A stretch of 64,000 nt of DNA from an uncultured delta proteobacterium (GCA_963785725.1 CAWAWS010000014.1:256001-320000); one strand, 5' to 3'. Shown: positions 8,806-19,263, numbered from the stretch's first letter. The notes: generated by a model not told the origin, from the letters alone. Program-made: numbers and translations.

Positions 8806-11800
8806 CTACGCCGTCAGCCTCACGTAACTACGCCAGCAGTTTTCGGACGCAAGATAACGGACCAATTCGATGACGCGCGCGCTCGTCTTCGCGTCTTTGT
8901 CGCCGGCGAGCGTTTCGATGGCGGCGACGGCATCGCGTGCGAGCAGGAAGGCGATGCGATCGGCCCAGCGCTGCTCCTCGGCGTGCCAATCGGCGGCCGC
9001 CCGACTGAGCCCGCTGCCCAGATCGGTCATGACCACGCGCTCGACCTCTTTGCGCACCTTACGCGGCAGCGGCTTCAACACGCGCCGGCGCAGCTCTTTG
9101 ACGTTGTCATCGCCGCCGTCGGTGCCGATGGCGATGATCAACGCCGGCAGGTCGTTCGCCGGCACGAACGCGCCGATCGTCGCGCCTTGCGACGTCCACG
9201 ACAGCACGCGCGCGACCTCGAACGTCAGCCGCGACTGCGCGCCCGGCGCCGCCAGCGGCGCGCTGATGGCGAGCGCCAGCCGACCGTCGGCGCACAAGCG
9301 CGCCTCGCGCACGCCCGGGTCGACGAACAGCCGGAGCGGCTCGACGCCGAACGCCGACGCCACGGCGCGCACGCGCAGCGACGCCGGATTGGCCTCGGGC
9401 AACAGATCGCCGCGCGGAATCTGTCCCGTGATCTCGACGAGCAGCCCCGCCGCATACGGCTCGAGCATGCGCGCGATCTCGGCCACCGCGCGCACGCCGA
9501 CGTTCTGCGCGCGCGGGAAATGCGTCTGCCACTCGGCGGCATCGAGCGGCCGTTTGACGATGAGCGGCTGCAGCGCCTTGTTCGCGCCGGCATTGCCCTC
9601 GGCCAGCGCCGCGATGTCGTCGAGAAAGCGCGCCGCGTCGTTGATGCCCGAGCGCAGGAACGCGCCGCCGATGCCGCGCAGCGCCTCGGGGAAGAGCGGC
9701 GAAATCTCGAGCGCGCGCCGGAACTCGGGCAGCGCCAGGTCCGGCCGCTGGTTGTCGATGTGCAGCTTCGCCAGCCGCACGCTCGGCAAGGGATCGCCCG
9801 GGCACAGCGTAATCGCCACGGCCAGGTGGTTTTGCGCGAGGTCGGGCCGGTGCAGCTCCTCCTGACAGACACGCGCCACCATCAGCCGCAGCGTCACCTG
9901 CGCGTCGCCGCCGCGGACGCGCCCGAGCACGCGCTCGCCGACGGCCGCGAAGGTCGCCCAGTCGCCGCCGGCGCGGAACCGCTTTTCGACGATGGCCGCG
10001 ACGTCGGCGTCCTGCGCGGCGATGGTGAACGCCTCGTCGAACGTGCGCGCCGCCGACTCGCGATCGTCGAAGCCCTCTTCGAACACGAAGCCGAGCGAGA
10101 GGAGCGCGTCGGCGCGCTTCTTGGCGTCGCGGGTGCGCGCCAGCTGCTGCCACAGTTCGCGCGCGCGATCCCAGCGACCCATGCGCTCGCACAGCTGCGC
10201 CATGACGCGCGCCGCCTCGGTGTCGTTGGGATCGACGACCAACTCCTCGAGGATCAAGCGCGCGGCCTCGCGATCGCCGAGCTCGCGCTCGCGAATTTCG
10301 GCCTCTTTCATGCGCGCTTTACGCGACGTCTCGTCGCCGGGCACGAGCTCGCTGATCTGCCGATAGGTCTGCGCCGCGTCTTGCCACCAACGGAGCTGCT
10401 CGAGCAGCGGCGCCAGCAGCAAGTGTGACTCCAGCTCTTGCGGGCGCGCTTCGACCGCCTGCTGCAGCGCCGCCACGGCACCGCGCGCGTCGCCGAGCCG
10501 GTCGCGCAAGAGCTCGGCCTGCTTGCGCAAGAAGGCGGCGCGCGCCTGCGGCTCGTCGGTGGCGGCGGTGCGCGCTTGCAGGAGATCGAGCAGGCCTTGG
10601 TAGTCGCCGAGCTTCTCGTAGAGCGCGACGGCACGCGAGTAGGCGCGCTCGTGCGACGGCATGATCTCGAGCAGCCGGCGATAATGATTGAGCGCCACCC
10701 GCGGCTCGTTCAGCTTCGACAGCGCGATTTCGGCGGCGGCCAAGAGCGCGCCGGCGCGGTTCTCGCCGTCGGCGGCGACTTCGGCCTCGTGCGCCAAGAG
10801 CGCGGCGACGGCCGGCCACTGCTCGCCCGCGCCCGCGATGCGCCGCACACCACGCAGCACCGGCAGGAAATCGGTCACGGCGTTGCCGGCCTGCTCGTAA
10901 GCCAAGGCCGCGTCACGCGCGCGACCGACGCGGTCGAACAGGCACGCCGCCTCGAACAGCAACAGCGCGCGCGCCGGCGCCGAGTCACACTGCGACGCGC
11001 GTTCGACGAGCGCGCCCGGCAGCCGCTCCTTCGCCGGCGAATCGGCGGCGGCGCGCGACAAGGTGCGCACGACGCCGTCGGCCACGCCCGGATCGGGCTG
11101 CGCCAGCGCCGCGGCGTCGAGGTACAGCTGCGACGACGGGCGCGCCTGCCGCTGCTGGGCCGACACCTCGTCGCGCAAGGCCGCCAGCGTGCGATAGCCG
11201 AGCGCCAGCCGCTTGTCCGACGTGCGCGCCCCGAGCGCCGACAGCGCCTGCACCGTCGCCGCGCCGCCGCCGTCGAGCCGCAGCGCGCGCAGCTCGGCCA
11301 AGCGCAGCGGCTGCCCGAGCGGTGACGCTTCGTAGGCCTCGCGATAGGCCAACGCCGCGCGCGCCGGCTGCTGCAGCCTGAGCTCGTACAGCGGCGCCAA
11401 ACGCGCCAACACGCTCACGCGCGCCGCCGCCGTCTGCGTGCGCGCCAGCAAGTCCGCGTACAGCTCTTCGAGCGCCTCCCATTGACCGCGCGCCTCGCGC
11501 ACGTGCGCCAACGCCGCCACCGCCGCTTCGTGCAGCGCCGCCAGCTTGACCGCTTGCGTGTACTCGCGCTCGGCCGCCTCCAAGTCGCGCAGGTGCAGCT
11601 CGAAGATCTGCCCGCGCGCGTGATGCAGCTGCGCCCGCGCCGTCGGTGTGCGCGCTGCCCGCGACTGCTTCTCCAGCGTCTCGAGCAGCCGCGGCCACAG
11701 GCGATCGCGGCGCAAGATCCGCTCGAGCGCGCGCAGCGCCGGTCGATAGGCCGCGTCGTGATCGAGCGCCACTTCGTACGCCGTCAGCGCGTCGTCGCGG

Positions 11801-14184
11801 CGGCCGAGCTTGCGCTCGTAGACGCGCCCGATGCGGTAATAGAGCGCCGCCTGCTCTTCCGGCGTATTGGCGAGCGGCAGCTGGCGGCCGTAGTTGGTGA
11901 TGACGTCGAGCCAGCGCCCGGCGCGATAATGCAAGCGGCCAATGGCGCGCAGCGAGCCTTCGTTCGTCGACGACAGCGCGAGCACGCGATCGTGCGCCTG
12001 CAACGCGCGATCTTCCTGCGCCAGCTGCGTCTCCAGCACGCGCGCCAGCCGATGCAGCTGCGCGATGACGTCCGCCGGATCGTGCAGCTGCGCCACCAGC
12101 CGCTCCAAAATGTCGACCAGCGGATCCCAGCGCTGCGCCTGCTCCAGCGTCGTCGCCAGGTGAATCAGCGGCGCCAAGTCGTCGGCCTCGATGCCGAGCG
12201 CTTCCCGCAGCGCCGCCGCCGCTTTGTCGCCGTTGGGCGCGCGCTCGCGATAGAGCCGACCGAGCTCCTGCTTGTAGAAGCGCACGAGCTTCGGGTCTTG
12301 CACCGCCGCCGCTTGCCGCTCGTACAAGGCGACGATGTCGCGCCAGCGATCTTCCTTGCGATAGAGCTGATCGAGCGCGGCGAACGCGGCGCGATGGCCG
12401 GGCACCAAGTCGAGACAGCGCTCGTACAGCGACACCGCGTGCGGATGGTCGCCGAGGCGCCGCTCGACCAAGTCGGCGACGTCGTGATAACGCGACGCGC
12501 GCCGCTCGGGGTCGGCGATGCGCTCGGCCTCGCGCAGATCCATGTCGGCCAAGTCGCTCCAGCGCTCGGCGGCGCGATAGAGCGCGCCCAACGCCTGCAG
12601 CGTCGGCAAATGCGTGGGCACGGCGTCGAGCGCGGCGCGATAGGCGTTGATGGCGTCGTCGGTGCGGCCGAGGTTCTGCTCGTGCACCTCGCCGATGCGA
12701 TGGTGTAGATCCGCGCGCTCTTCCGGATCTTTGATGAGCGGCAGCTCGGAGTTGTAGACGTCGACGAGCTCGCGCCAGCGCCCGTTCGACTCGAGCACCG
12801 CCGACAGCTTGCGCAGCGGCGTCGCCTCGTCGGGCGTGGCGTGCGCGGCGCGGCGATAGGCGCCGATGGCGTTCTCGGCGTCGCCCAGCCGCTCGAAGTA
12901 CAAATCGCCGGCGCGCTCGCTGAAGCGGCGCACGGTGCGCGGATCGTCGACCAGATCGGCCTCGGCGACGAGGATGCGCGCCAGCTCGCCCCAGTCTTCC
13001 TGCAACAGCGCCAGCGACGACAGCGAGGCCGCGGCCGGCAGGTTCGTCATATCGTCGTTGAGCGCGATCTTGTACGACGCCCGCGCCGCGCCCGGCTGAT
13101 GCAGCATCACCTCTTGGATCTGCCCGGCGCCATGCCGCAGCATCGAGCGGAAGACGACGTCGCTCGTCGCGTCGGCCATCGACGACAGCGCCGTGACCAG
13201 CTTGTCCCAGTCGCCTTCGGTCAGATAGATCTCGGCCAGCGCCTCGAGCACGGCCACGTTCGCCGGATCGATCTCGCGCGCCTCTTCCAGCGCGTGACGC
13301 GCGTGCGCCAAGTCGCCGGAGATGAGCTCCTCGATCGTCGCCAGGTCGAGCAGCAGCGAGACGCGCTCGTGCGGATCGCCGACCAGCGGCAGCTCGGCGC
13401 GCCCGAGCTCGAGCGCGCGATCCCAGCGCAGCTGCGTGGCCGCGTCGCGACGCGAGAGCAGCGCGATCCAGCGCTCGCGCACGAGCCCCGTGCCCGGCAG
13501 AAGCTGCGTGGCCGCGACCAGCGCCTGCGCGGCCGTCTGCGGATCGGACATGACCGACGTGGCGATCTGCGCCACCGCGCCGCAAAACAGCGCCGCCCGC
13601 GACGGATCCCGCTCGCGCAAGGCCTCGGCCTCGCGGCGCAAAATGTCGAGCTCGGTGCGCCAGGCGCCTTCGCCCTTGGCCGGCGGCGGCTCGGCGGCCT
13701 GCGGCCGACGACGCGGCGGCGCATGCGCGCCCGACACGATCTGCGTCGGCATCTCGGTGAAGTTGCCGTCCGACACCAGCTCGATCGCGTCCGACGACAG
13801 GAGCACGCTCGGCTCGGGGACCGCGCTCTCCGGCATCTTCGTCGGCGTCGGCGGTCGCGGCGCGGCCGGCGGGCGCGCCGGTGGTTGTGCCGGCGGTAAT
13901 GTCGGACGCTCCTGACGCGGCTCGTTCACGCGCCGTTCGATCGTGCGCGCCATCGAGTCGATCGGCTTCGGCTTGGGCGGCGGCGCCGACGGCCGCTGAC
14001 TCATCGGCGGGACAACCGGCGCGTGATTGCCCGTCGACGGCCGACGCGGCTGCGGTGGCGGCGGCGGGCCGGGCGCCGGCGTCGTCTGCTGCGCCCGCGG
14101 ATCGCGCGGCATCAAACGCGAGCCGGTGTCCGGCTCGACTTCGACCTCCATCGTCGGTTCCCGCGGTGGTACGCGCTCGGCCAT
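8806..14184 (-). CDS. Giant myxobacterial TPR-repeat protein (1792 aa) with Pro-rich N-terminus
   Basis: Many A...Y..AL...P....AL..L..LY.....W..L TPR units. C-terminal WADRIAFLLARD domain. Confidence 0.88.
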   Translation of the reverse strand: MAERVPPREPTMEVEVEPDTGSRLMPRDPRAQQTTPAPGPPPPPQPRRPSTGNHAPVVPPMSQRPSAPPPKPKPIDSMARTIERRVNEPRQERPTLPPAQPPARPPAAPRPPTPTKMPESAVPEPSVLLSSDAIELVSDGNFTEMPTQIVSGAHAPPRRRPQAAEPPPAKGEGAWRTELDILRREAEALRERDPSRAALFCGAVAQIATSVMSDPQTAAQALVAATQLLPGTGLVRERWIALLSRRDAATQLRWDRALELGRAELPLVGDPHERVSLLLDLATIEELISGDLAHARHALEEAREIDPANVAVLEALAEIYLTEGDWDKLVTALSSMADATSDVVFRSMLRHGAGQIQEVMLHQPGAARASYKIALNDDMTNLPAAASLSSLALLQEDWGELARILVAEADLVDDPRTVRRFSERAGDLYFERLGDAENAIGAYRRAAHATPDEATPLRKLSAVLESNGRWRELVDVYNSELPLIKDPEERADLHHRIGEVHEQNLGRTDDAINAYRAALDAVPTHLPTLQALGALYRAAERWSDLADMDLREAERIADPERRASRYHDVADLVERRLGDHPHAVSLYERCLDLVPGHRAAFAALDQLYRKEDRWRDIVALYERQAAAVQDPKLVRFYKQELGRLYRERAPNGDKAAAALREALGIEADDLAPLIHLATTLEQAQRWDPLVDILERLVAQLHDPADVIAQLHRLARVLETQLAQEDRALQAHDRVLALSSTNEGSLRAIGRLHYRAGRWLDVITNYGRQLPLANTPEEQAALYYRIGRVYERKLGRRDDALTAYEVALDHDAAYRPALRALERILRRDRLWPRLLETLEKQSRAARTPTARAQLHHARGQIFELHLRDLEAAEREYTQAVKLAALHEAAVAALAHVREARGQWEALEELYADLLARTQTAAARVSVLARLAPLYELRLQQPARAALAYREAYEASPLGQPLRLAELRALRLDGGGAATVQALSALGARTSDKRLALGYRTLAALRDEVSAQQRQARPSSQLYLDAAALAQPDPGVADGVVRTLSRAAADSPAKERLPGALVERASQCDSAPARALLLFEAACLFDRVGRARDAALAYEQAGNAVTDFLPVLRGVRRIAGAGEQWPAVAALLAHEAEVAADGENRAGALLAAAEIALSKLNEPRVALNHYRRLLEIMPSHERAYSRAVALYEKLGDYQGLLDLLQARTAATDEPQARAAFLRKQAELLRDRLGDARGAVAALQQAVEARPQELESHLLLAPLLEQLRWWQDAAQTYRQISELVPGDETSRKARMKEAEIRERELGDREAARLILEELVVDPNDTEAARVMAQLCERMGRWDRARELWQQLARTRDAKKRADALLSLGFVFEEGFDDRESAARTFDEAFTIAAQDADVAAIVEKRFRAGGDWATFAAVGERVLGRVRGGDAQVTLRLMVARVCQEELHRPDLAQNHLAVAITLCPGDPLPSVRLAKLHIDNQRPDLALPEFRRALEISPLFPEALRGIGGAFLRSGINDAARFLDDIAALAEGNAGANKALQPLIVKRPLDAAEWQTHFPRAQNVGVRAVAEIARMLEPYAAGLLVEITGQIPRGDLLPEANPASLRVRAVASAFGVEPLRLFVDPGVREARLCADGRLALAISAPLAAPGAQSRLTFEVARVLSWTSQGATIGAFVPANDLPALIIAIGTDGGDDNVKELRRRVLKPLPRKVRKEVERVVMTDLGSGLSRAAADWHAEEQRWADRIAFLLARDAVAAIETLAGDKDAKTSARVIELVRYLASENCWRSYVRLTA

Positions 14185-14488
14185 GGGCGACCTATTTTAC
14201 CCTTTTTCCCGCTAGGGGCTGCGCCTATTTGCCGGGCCGAGACGAACCGACGGCGAGGCGCGCGGAATGCCGGCAACGACGCGGCGCCGGCTGTAGGCAG
14301 TGACCGTGGCGTGGCGCGCGCGGCCGGTTCACCGACGAGCGGGAAATGGGCGTGGCGCTCGAGGCTGCGCCTAATTCCGGGTCGTGACGACTGTGCGACG
14401 CATGTGCGAAGAGTAGGCCTTCGCTCTAGACGGCGCATCGCCTGTCACCTTACAGTCCGCGCCAAACCACGGGCGGGCGGTCGTCAAA

Positions 14489-15997
14489 ATGCGCAGATTC
14501 ACGCTTTCGCTGTTCCTCGTCGCCACCTTCGCCGGCGTCGCGACGGCCGCTCCGACCTTGACGTACGGTCCGATCCTCGGCCGCGGCGCCACGCCCGATA
14601 AGATGATCCTGCACTGGGGCACCGACTCGACCGCCGCCAACAACGCTACCGGCGTGCAATATCGCCTGCATGGCGCGACGACGGCGACGACCGCCACCGC
14701 CACCCGCGTCTGCAGTGCCAACAGCGGCGCCAACTGCGACTACGAAGCCAACCTGAGCGGCCTCGCCGTCGCCACCGACTACGATTACGCCATCGCCGGC
14801 AACGCCATCGACGGCACGCAGCAGTTCACGACCTGTCCCGCCGCCGGTCAGCCGCTCGACGTCGTCTTCTATGGTGATAGTCGGTCGGGCGGCTCGCAGC
14901 ATCAGATCGTCGCCGGCAACGTCTTGAAGCGCAGCCCCGACATCGTCTTCGAGAGCGGCGACATCGAGGTCGGCGGCATCTACAGCGACTATTTTGCCGC
15001 CAACGACGACGGCAGCGGTCAGCCCGGCTTCTTCGTCGGCGCCAAGGCGCTCGTCGCCGCCGTGCCGTTCATGGCGGTGCCCGGCAACCACGACGCCACC
15101 ACCAACATGCCGACGAATTACGGCCTCTTGTTCCCCAATCCCGCGCACGTCGTCGGCGCCGCCGGCTGGACCGGCTACTACTCGTTCGTGTGCGGCGACT
15201 CGATGTTCATCGGCCTCGACGCCAACTCGCCCGCCGACGCGACGCAGCTGAGCTGGCTCAAGGCGCAATTGGCGACGGCGAAGTCGACCGCCAGCGTCGT
15301 GCACGTGTTCGTTTGGTTCCATCAATCGCCCTATTCGATCGGCACGCACGGCGACGACACGGCGACGCAGGCGTGGACGCCGCTGTTCGAAGATCCGACG
15401 AGCAAAGTGCGCGCGGTCTTCACCGGCCACGATCACGACTATCAGCGGCTCTCGCACGGCGGCTTGACGTACATCGTGTCCGGCGGCGCCGGCGCCGATT
15501 TGTACCCGGTGGCGACGACGGATCAGGCGGGCGCGACGGTGCTGGCGAAGACGGCGCAGTTCAACTTCGTGGCCGTGCACATCACGCCCGGCCTCGTGAC
15601 GGGCGCGGTCTACGACGGCTCGAGCGGCAATCCGCTCAACAGTGACCTCACGAACGCGTCCGACACGTTCACGCTCTACGGCAGCGCCGGCGGCGGTGGC
15701 AGCGGCGGCGGCGGCGGAAACGCCGGCGGCGGCGGCACGGCCGGCGGCACCGGCAACGCGGGCGGCACCGGCAACGCCGGCGGATCGGGCAGCGCCGGCG
15801 GCGGCGATGCCGGCGGCACCGGCAGCGCCGGCGGAGTCGGCACGGCGGGCGGCACCGGCAGTGCCGGCGGATCGGGCAGCGCCGGCGGTTCCGGCGGCAA
15901 CAGCGGCGGCTGCAGCGTCCCCGGCGGCGATCTCGGCTACGGCGGCGCGTTCCTGCTCGCGCTCGCGCTCCTCATTCGCCGTCGCCGCTACGTCTAA
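14489..15997 (+). CDS. Purple-acid-phosphatase-like metallophosphoesterase with Gly-rich linker and MYXO-CTERM
   Basis: Signal peptide. Metal motifs YGDSR, SGDI, PGNHD, FHQSPY and GHDHDY. GGCS, TM helix, then RRRR at the C-terminus. Confidence 0.88.
   Translation: MRRFTLSLFLVATFAGVATAAPTLTYGPILGRGATPDKMILHWGTDSTAANNATGVQYRLHGATTATTATATRVCSANSGANCDYEANLSGLAVATDYDYAIAGNAIDGTQQFTTCPAAGQPLDVVFYGDSRSGGSQHQIVAGNVLKRSPDIVFESGDIEVGGIYSDYFAANDDGSGQPGFFVGAKALVAAVPFMAVPGNHDATTNMPTNYGLLFPNPAHVVGAAGWTGYYSFVCGDSMFIGLDANSPADATQLSWLKAQLATAKSTASVVHVFVWFHQSPYSIGTHGDDTATQAWTPLFEDPTSKVRAVFTGHDHDYQRLSHGGLTYIVSGGAGADLYPVATTDQAGATVLAKTAQFNFVAVHITPGLVTGAVYDGSSGNPLNSDLTNASDTFTLYGSAGGGGSGGGGGNAGGGGTAGGTGNAGGTGNAGGSGSAGGGDAGGTGSAGGVGTAGGTGSAGGSGSAGGSGGNSGGCSVPGGDLGYGGAFLLALALLIRRRRYV
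15679..15910 (+). repeat. Low-complexity GGxG(N/S)A coding repeats
   Basis: Repeated ggcggcaccggc(aac/agc)gcc units encoding the linker. Confidence 0.8.
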
Positions 15998-16157
15998 CCG
16001 CTCGCCACACCCGCACGACTTCGCAATCGCACGACTCGCACGCGATTAGGCGCCACAGGCGCGTCGTCCGCGCGCCGCAGCAACCGCGAACGGTCGGCGA
16101 CGTGTGAAGATCGGAAATTCGTAGGATTCGCGGGCGGAGAGCGGAAGACGGAGCGAG

Positions 16158-17222
16158 CTACGCGACCATTTGGCCGGAATCGGCGGGCGTCTCCGGCTCG
16201 TGCTGCAGATCCTCGAACGGATCGGACCAGCTCTCGAACTGCAGGATGCCGAGCTGCTCGAACCGCGTCCGCTGGCGATCGCTCAAGAGGCCCATCTTCT
16301 TGATCGCCGGCACGATCTTCGAGAACAGCATCTGCCGGAACATCGTCTGCGACATGCTGTTGAGCGTGATCTCTTTGCACTCCGCCGTCGGCAGGCCGAT
16401 CTTGTCCCACACCTGATCGTACAAGAAGCGATTGCGCATGAGGACGGCCGCTTCGTAGATGAAGTCTTCGCGCTCGAGACGATCGGCCTCCTGCATGTCG
16501 CCGTAATAATCCTTCAGCGACAGGATGCCGTAAGCGACATGGCGCGCCTCGTCGAGCATGACGTAATGCGTGAGCTTCTTGAGCAGCGGCTCGGTGGTCT
16601 GCGCGCGGATCATGCCGAACGCCGCCAGCGCCAAGCCCTCGACCATGATCTGCATGCCGAGCAGCTTCATGTCCCAGCGCGAGTCGGTGAGGATGAGATC
16701 GAGCAGCTTCTTCAGGTACGGCGAGATCGGATACGAGAAGCCGATCTTCTCGTGCAGATAGCGATCGTAGACCTCGACGTGGCGACCCTCGTCGAACACC
16801 TGCGTCGAGGCGTAATACTTCGAGTCCATGTCCGGCACCGTCGTCACCAGCTGCGACGCGGCCAAGAGCGCGCCTTGCTCGCCGTGCAGGAACTGCGACA
16901 GCACCCAGCTGAACATCTCGCGGTTGGCGTTCTGCCGCTCGGCCGGCGTCATCTTCGCCGCGATGTGGCTGCCGTGCAGCGGGAACATCTCCTCGGGATA
17001 ATAGTTTTTCTCGAGGTCGACCTGGCTGTTCCACGGCAGCGTGATGTCGGGCTGCCACTGCGTTCGCTGCGCTTTCTTGTACAGATCGCGCAGATCTTGG
17101 CGCGACTTCTCGTAACCCCAGTTGTAGGTGAGGTCGAGCTTGGCTTCGAGATGCTCGATGGTCACCGGCCGACCGATCGGCGTCTCGACGATATCCAAGG
17201 CCAGGTCAGCGTGCTTGCTCAT
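16158..17222 (-). CDS. Ferritin-like diiron enzyme (AurF/desaturase-like superfamily)
   Basis: E...ExxH...E...ExxH ligand set: HGEQGA, DEGRH, VEGLA, DEARH. Confidence 0.85.
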   Translation of the reverse strand: MSKHADLALDIVETPIGRPVTIEHLEAKLDLTYNWGYEKSRQDLRDLYKKAQRTQWQPDITLPWNSQVDLEKNYYPEEMFPLHGSHIAAKMTPAERQNANREMFSWVLSQFLHGEQGALLAASQLVTTVPDMDSKYYASTQVFDEGRHVEVYDRYLHEKIGFSYPISPYLKKLLDLILTDSRWDMKLLGMQIMVEGLALAAFGMIRAQTTEPLLKKLTHYVMLDEARHVAYGILSLKDYYGDMQEADRLEREDFIYEAAVLMRNRFLYDQVWDKIGLPTAECKEITLNSMSQTMFRQMLFSKIVPAIKKMGLLSDRQRTRFEQLGILQFESWSDPFEDLQHEPETPADSGQMVA

Positions 17223-17240
17223 CGCTCGAAGCCTCCCCCA

Positions 17241-17262
17241 AAAGTGAAGTCGATTTCACTTT
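17241..17262. promoter_or_regulatory. TetR operator 1
   Basis: Palindrome AAAGTGAA-GTCGAT-TTCACTTT overlapping the -10 of the diiron gene promoter. Confidence 0.8.
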
Positions 17263-17286
17263 AAGCAAGCGCTCGCTCGCTGTCAA
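17258..17286 (-). promoter_or_regulatory. sigma70 promoter for the diiron enzyme gene
   Basis: Minus strand TTGACA-N17-TAAAGT. Confidence 0.8.
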
Positions 17287-17290
17287 AACA

Positions 17291-17312
17291 AAAACGAAGC
17301 CGGCTTCACTTT
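17291..17312. promoter_or_regulatory. TetR operator 2
   Basis: AAAACGAAGCCGGCTTCACTTT, a close variant of operator 1. Overlaps the putative tetR -35 (TTCACT-N17-TACAAA). Confidence 0.72.
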
Positions 17313-17340
17313 TGGAGGTTCAGCTGCTACAAAGTGCTCC

Positions 17341-18045
17341 ATGGCGTTGCAGCGCGAGTTCAAGCAAAAGCGCGCGGCGGCGACGTTCGATTCGCTGGTC
17401 GCGGCGGCGGCGCGGGTATTCGCGCGGCGCGGCTTCGAAGCCGCGCAAACGCCGGAAATAGCGGCCGAAGCCGGCGTTTCGACGGGCGCGCTCTATCGCT
17501 ACTTCAAGGACAAGCGGGCGGTGTTCGTGGAGGTCGTCACGCAGCATCTGCAGCTGTCGCACGAAGAGGTGATGGCCAAGCTGACGCCCGAGCGCTTCAC
17601 GGCCGGCGGCGCCGACGCGAAAGCGGCGATCGAGCTGGTCATCGACGTGCTGTTCGAGCGCGTCCGTCGCGATGCCGACCTCGAGCGCGTCTACGTGGCG
17701 ATGTCGTACTCGGATCCCGAGGTTCGGCAGCTGCGCGCGGAGTACGAGACGCGCGGTTGTGTAGCGTTGGCGCGGCTGATCGATCTCGTCATCGCGCCCG
17801 GTGTCGTCGCTGATTCGACGGCGGCGGCGCGCGTCATCGGCATCGCGGCGGTGGAAGTGGCGGCCGATCGCGCCGGCTTGCGGCCGCGCGCGGGCGACGT
17901 CGGCAGCGACGCCGCGGTCAAGGCCGCGCTGCGCGAGATGCTCCACCGCTACCTGTTTCCGGCGAGCGCGACGGGGACATCGACCGCGTCGCCCTCGGCA
18001 GCGACGCCGGCTGCGCCCGCGAAACGGCGGCGCGCCAAGCGTTGA
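17341..18045 (+). CDS. TetR/AcrR family regulator
   Basis: HTH FARRGF..IAAEAGVSTGALYRYFKDK; divergent from the diiron gene. Confidence 0.93.
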   Translation: MALQREFKQKRAAATFDSLVAAAARVFARRGFEAAQTPEIAAEAGVSTGALYRYFKDKRAVFVEVVTQHLQLSHEEVMAKLTPERFTAGGADAKAAIELVIDVLFERVRRDADLERVYVAMSYSDPEVRQLRAEYETRGCVALARLIDLVIAPGVVADSTAAARVIGIAAVEVAADRAGLRPRAGDVGSDAAVKAALREMLHRYLFPASATGTSTASPSAATPAAPAKRRRAKR

Positions 18046-18099
18046 CGCTCGCCATCCGTCATAGCGGACGGACGCGCGCCATCGGCCGGTTCGTCCGTT

Positions 18100-19236
18100 T
18101 TAGCGGATCTTGGGCGAAGGCTCGACGCGCGTGCCGTAGCGGTTGAGCATGGCGATGGCGCGCGGCAACGGAATCGGCATGTGGACGGCGCGGCGCGCGA
18201 GCTCGCGGCGCTCGGGATAGTGCTCGCGATAGGCGCGGAAGGCGGCGCCGCGCGCGTCGGCGGGGCCGGCGACGAGGGCGCGCAAGGCGGCGTCATCGGC
18301 GGCGGGATCGTAGCCGGCGGCCACCGCTTCCAGCGCGGCCAGCACGCCGTCTTCGCGCCACGTGACGACGAGCGGCGAGGGCGCGGGCGGTAGCGAATCG
18401 GTCGTGCGCCACGTCGGCGCGCGGCCCAAGAATTGGCAGGCGGCGTCGTAGATCATTTGCGTGCCGTTGGCTTTGCCGTCGAGCGAGTGGCCGGCGATGT
18501 GCGGCGTGGCGACGACGGCGCGGGCGACGAGCGCCGGATCGGGCGACGGCTCGCCGGCGAACACGTCGAGCAGGATCGGGTTGGCGACGGCGAGGGCCGG
18601 CGCGCCGGCCAGCACTTCGCCGCGGCAGGCGTTGACGAGCCAGGCGTCGGGCCGCAGCCGGCGCGCGTCGACGAGATCGACGGTCGCGTCCACGCCCGAC
18701 TTCGTCAGCGGCACGTGCAAGGTCACCAGATCGCAGCGCGCCAAGATCTCGTCGAGCGTGACGAATCCGGCGGCGCCTTCGGCGCGGGCGCGCGGTGGAT
18801 CGCACAAGAGCGGCGGCGGGACGTCGAGCGCGCGCCACAGCCGCTCGATGCGCTTGCCGACATTGCCGACGCCGACGATGCCGAGCTGCCGCGCCGCCAA
18901 ATTGGGCACGCGGGCGACGGCGGCGGCGAACCATTGCACGACCGAGTCGGCGTTGGAGCCGGGCGCGGAGGCCCAGGTGATGCCGGCGCCGTCGAGCCAG
19001 GCGCCGTCGATGTGGTCGATGCCGATGGTGGCGGTGGCGACGAAGCGGACGCGACTGCCGGCGAGCAGTGCTTCGTTGACCTTGACGGTGGAGCGCGTCA
19101 ACAACATATCGGCGTCGCGAACGGCTGCGCGCGTGATCTCCGACGAGCGCAGCGTGATGACGTCGCCGAGCGGGCCGAAGGCGTCCTGGACATACGAGAT
19201 GTTGGCGTCGGCGACGATACGCATGCGCTGCATCAT
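18100..19236 (-). CDS. pdxB: Erythronate-4-phosphate dehydrogenase
   Basis: MRIVADANI, ATIGIDHID, GIVGVGNVG, DPPRA, LHVPLT, TPHIAGHS and YPERRE. Confidence 0.9.
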   Translation of the reverse strand: MMQRMRIVADANISYVQDAFGPLGDVITLRSSEITRAAVRDADMLLTRSTVKVNEALLAGSRVRFVATATIGIDHIDGAWLDGAGITWASAPGSNADSVVQWFAAAVARVPNLAARQLGIVGVGNVGKRIERLWRALDVPPPLLCDPPRARAEGAAGFVTLDEILARCDLVTLHVPLTKSGVDATVDLVDARRLRPDAWLVNACRGEVLAGAPALAVANPILLDVFAGEPSPDPALVARAVVATPHIAGHSLDGKANGTQMIYDAACQFLGRAPTWRTTDSLPPAPSPLVVTWREDGVLAALEAVAAGYDPAADDAALRALVAGPADARGAAFRAYREHYPERRELARRAVHMPIPLPRAIAMLNRYGTRVEPSPKIR

Positions 19237-19263
19237 AAGCCGATCCTATGCTAGGAATCTTGC

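Noticed and set aside
8590..13899. Many long Arg/Ala-rich overlapping ORFs (e.g. 8590-10428, 10985-13585)
   Set aside because: Shadow frames of the TPR gene, expected in high-GC DNA; no motifs. The same applies to most alternative ORFs in the track.
15679..15910. Repeat array as a possible CRISPR or VNTR element
   Set aside because: In-frame Gly-rich linker; no constant repeat with unique spacers and no cas genes.
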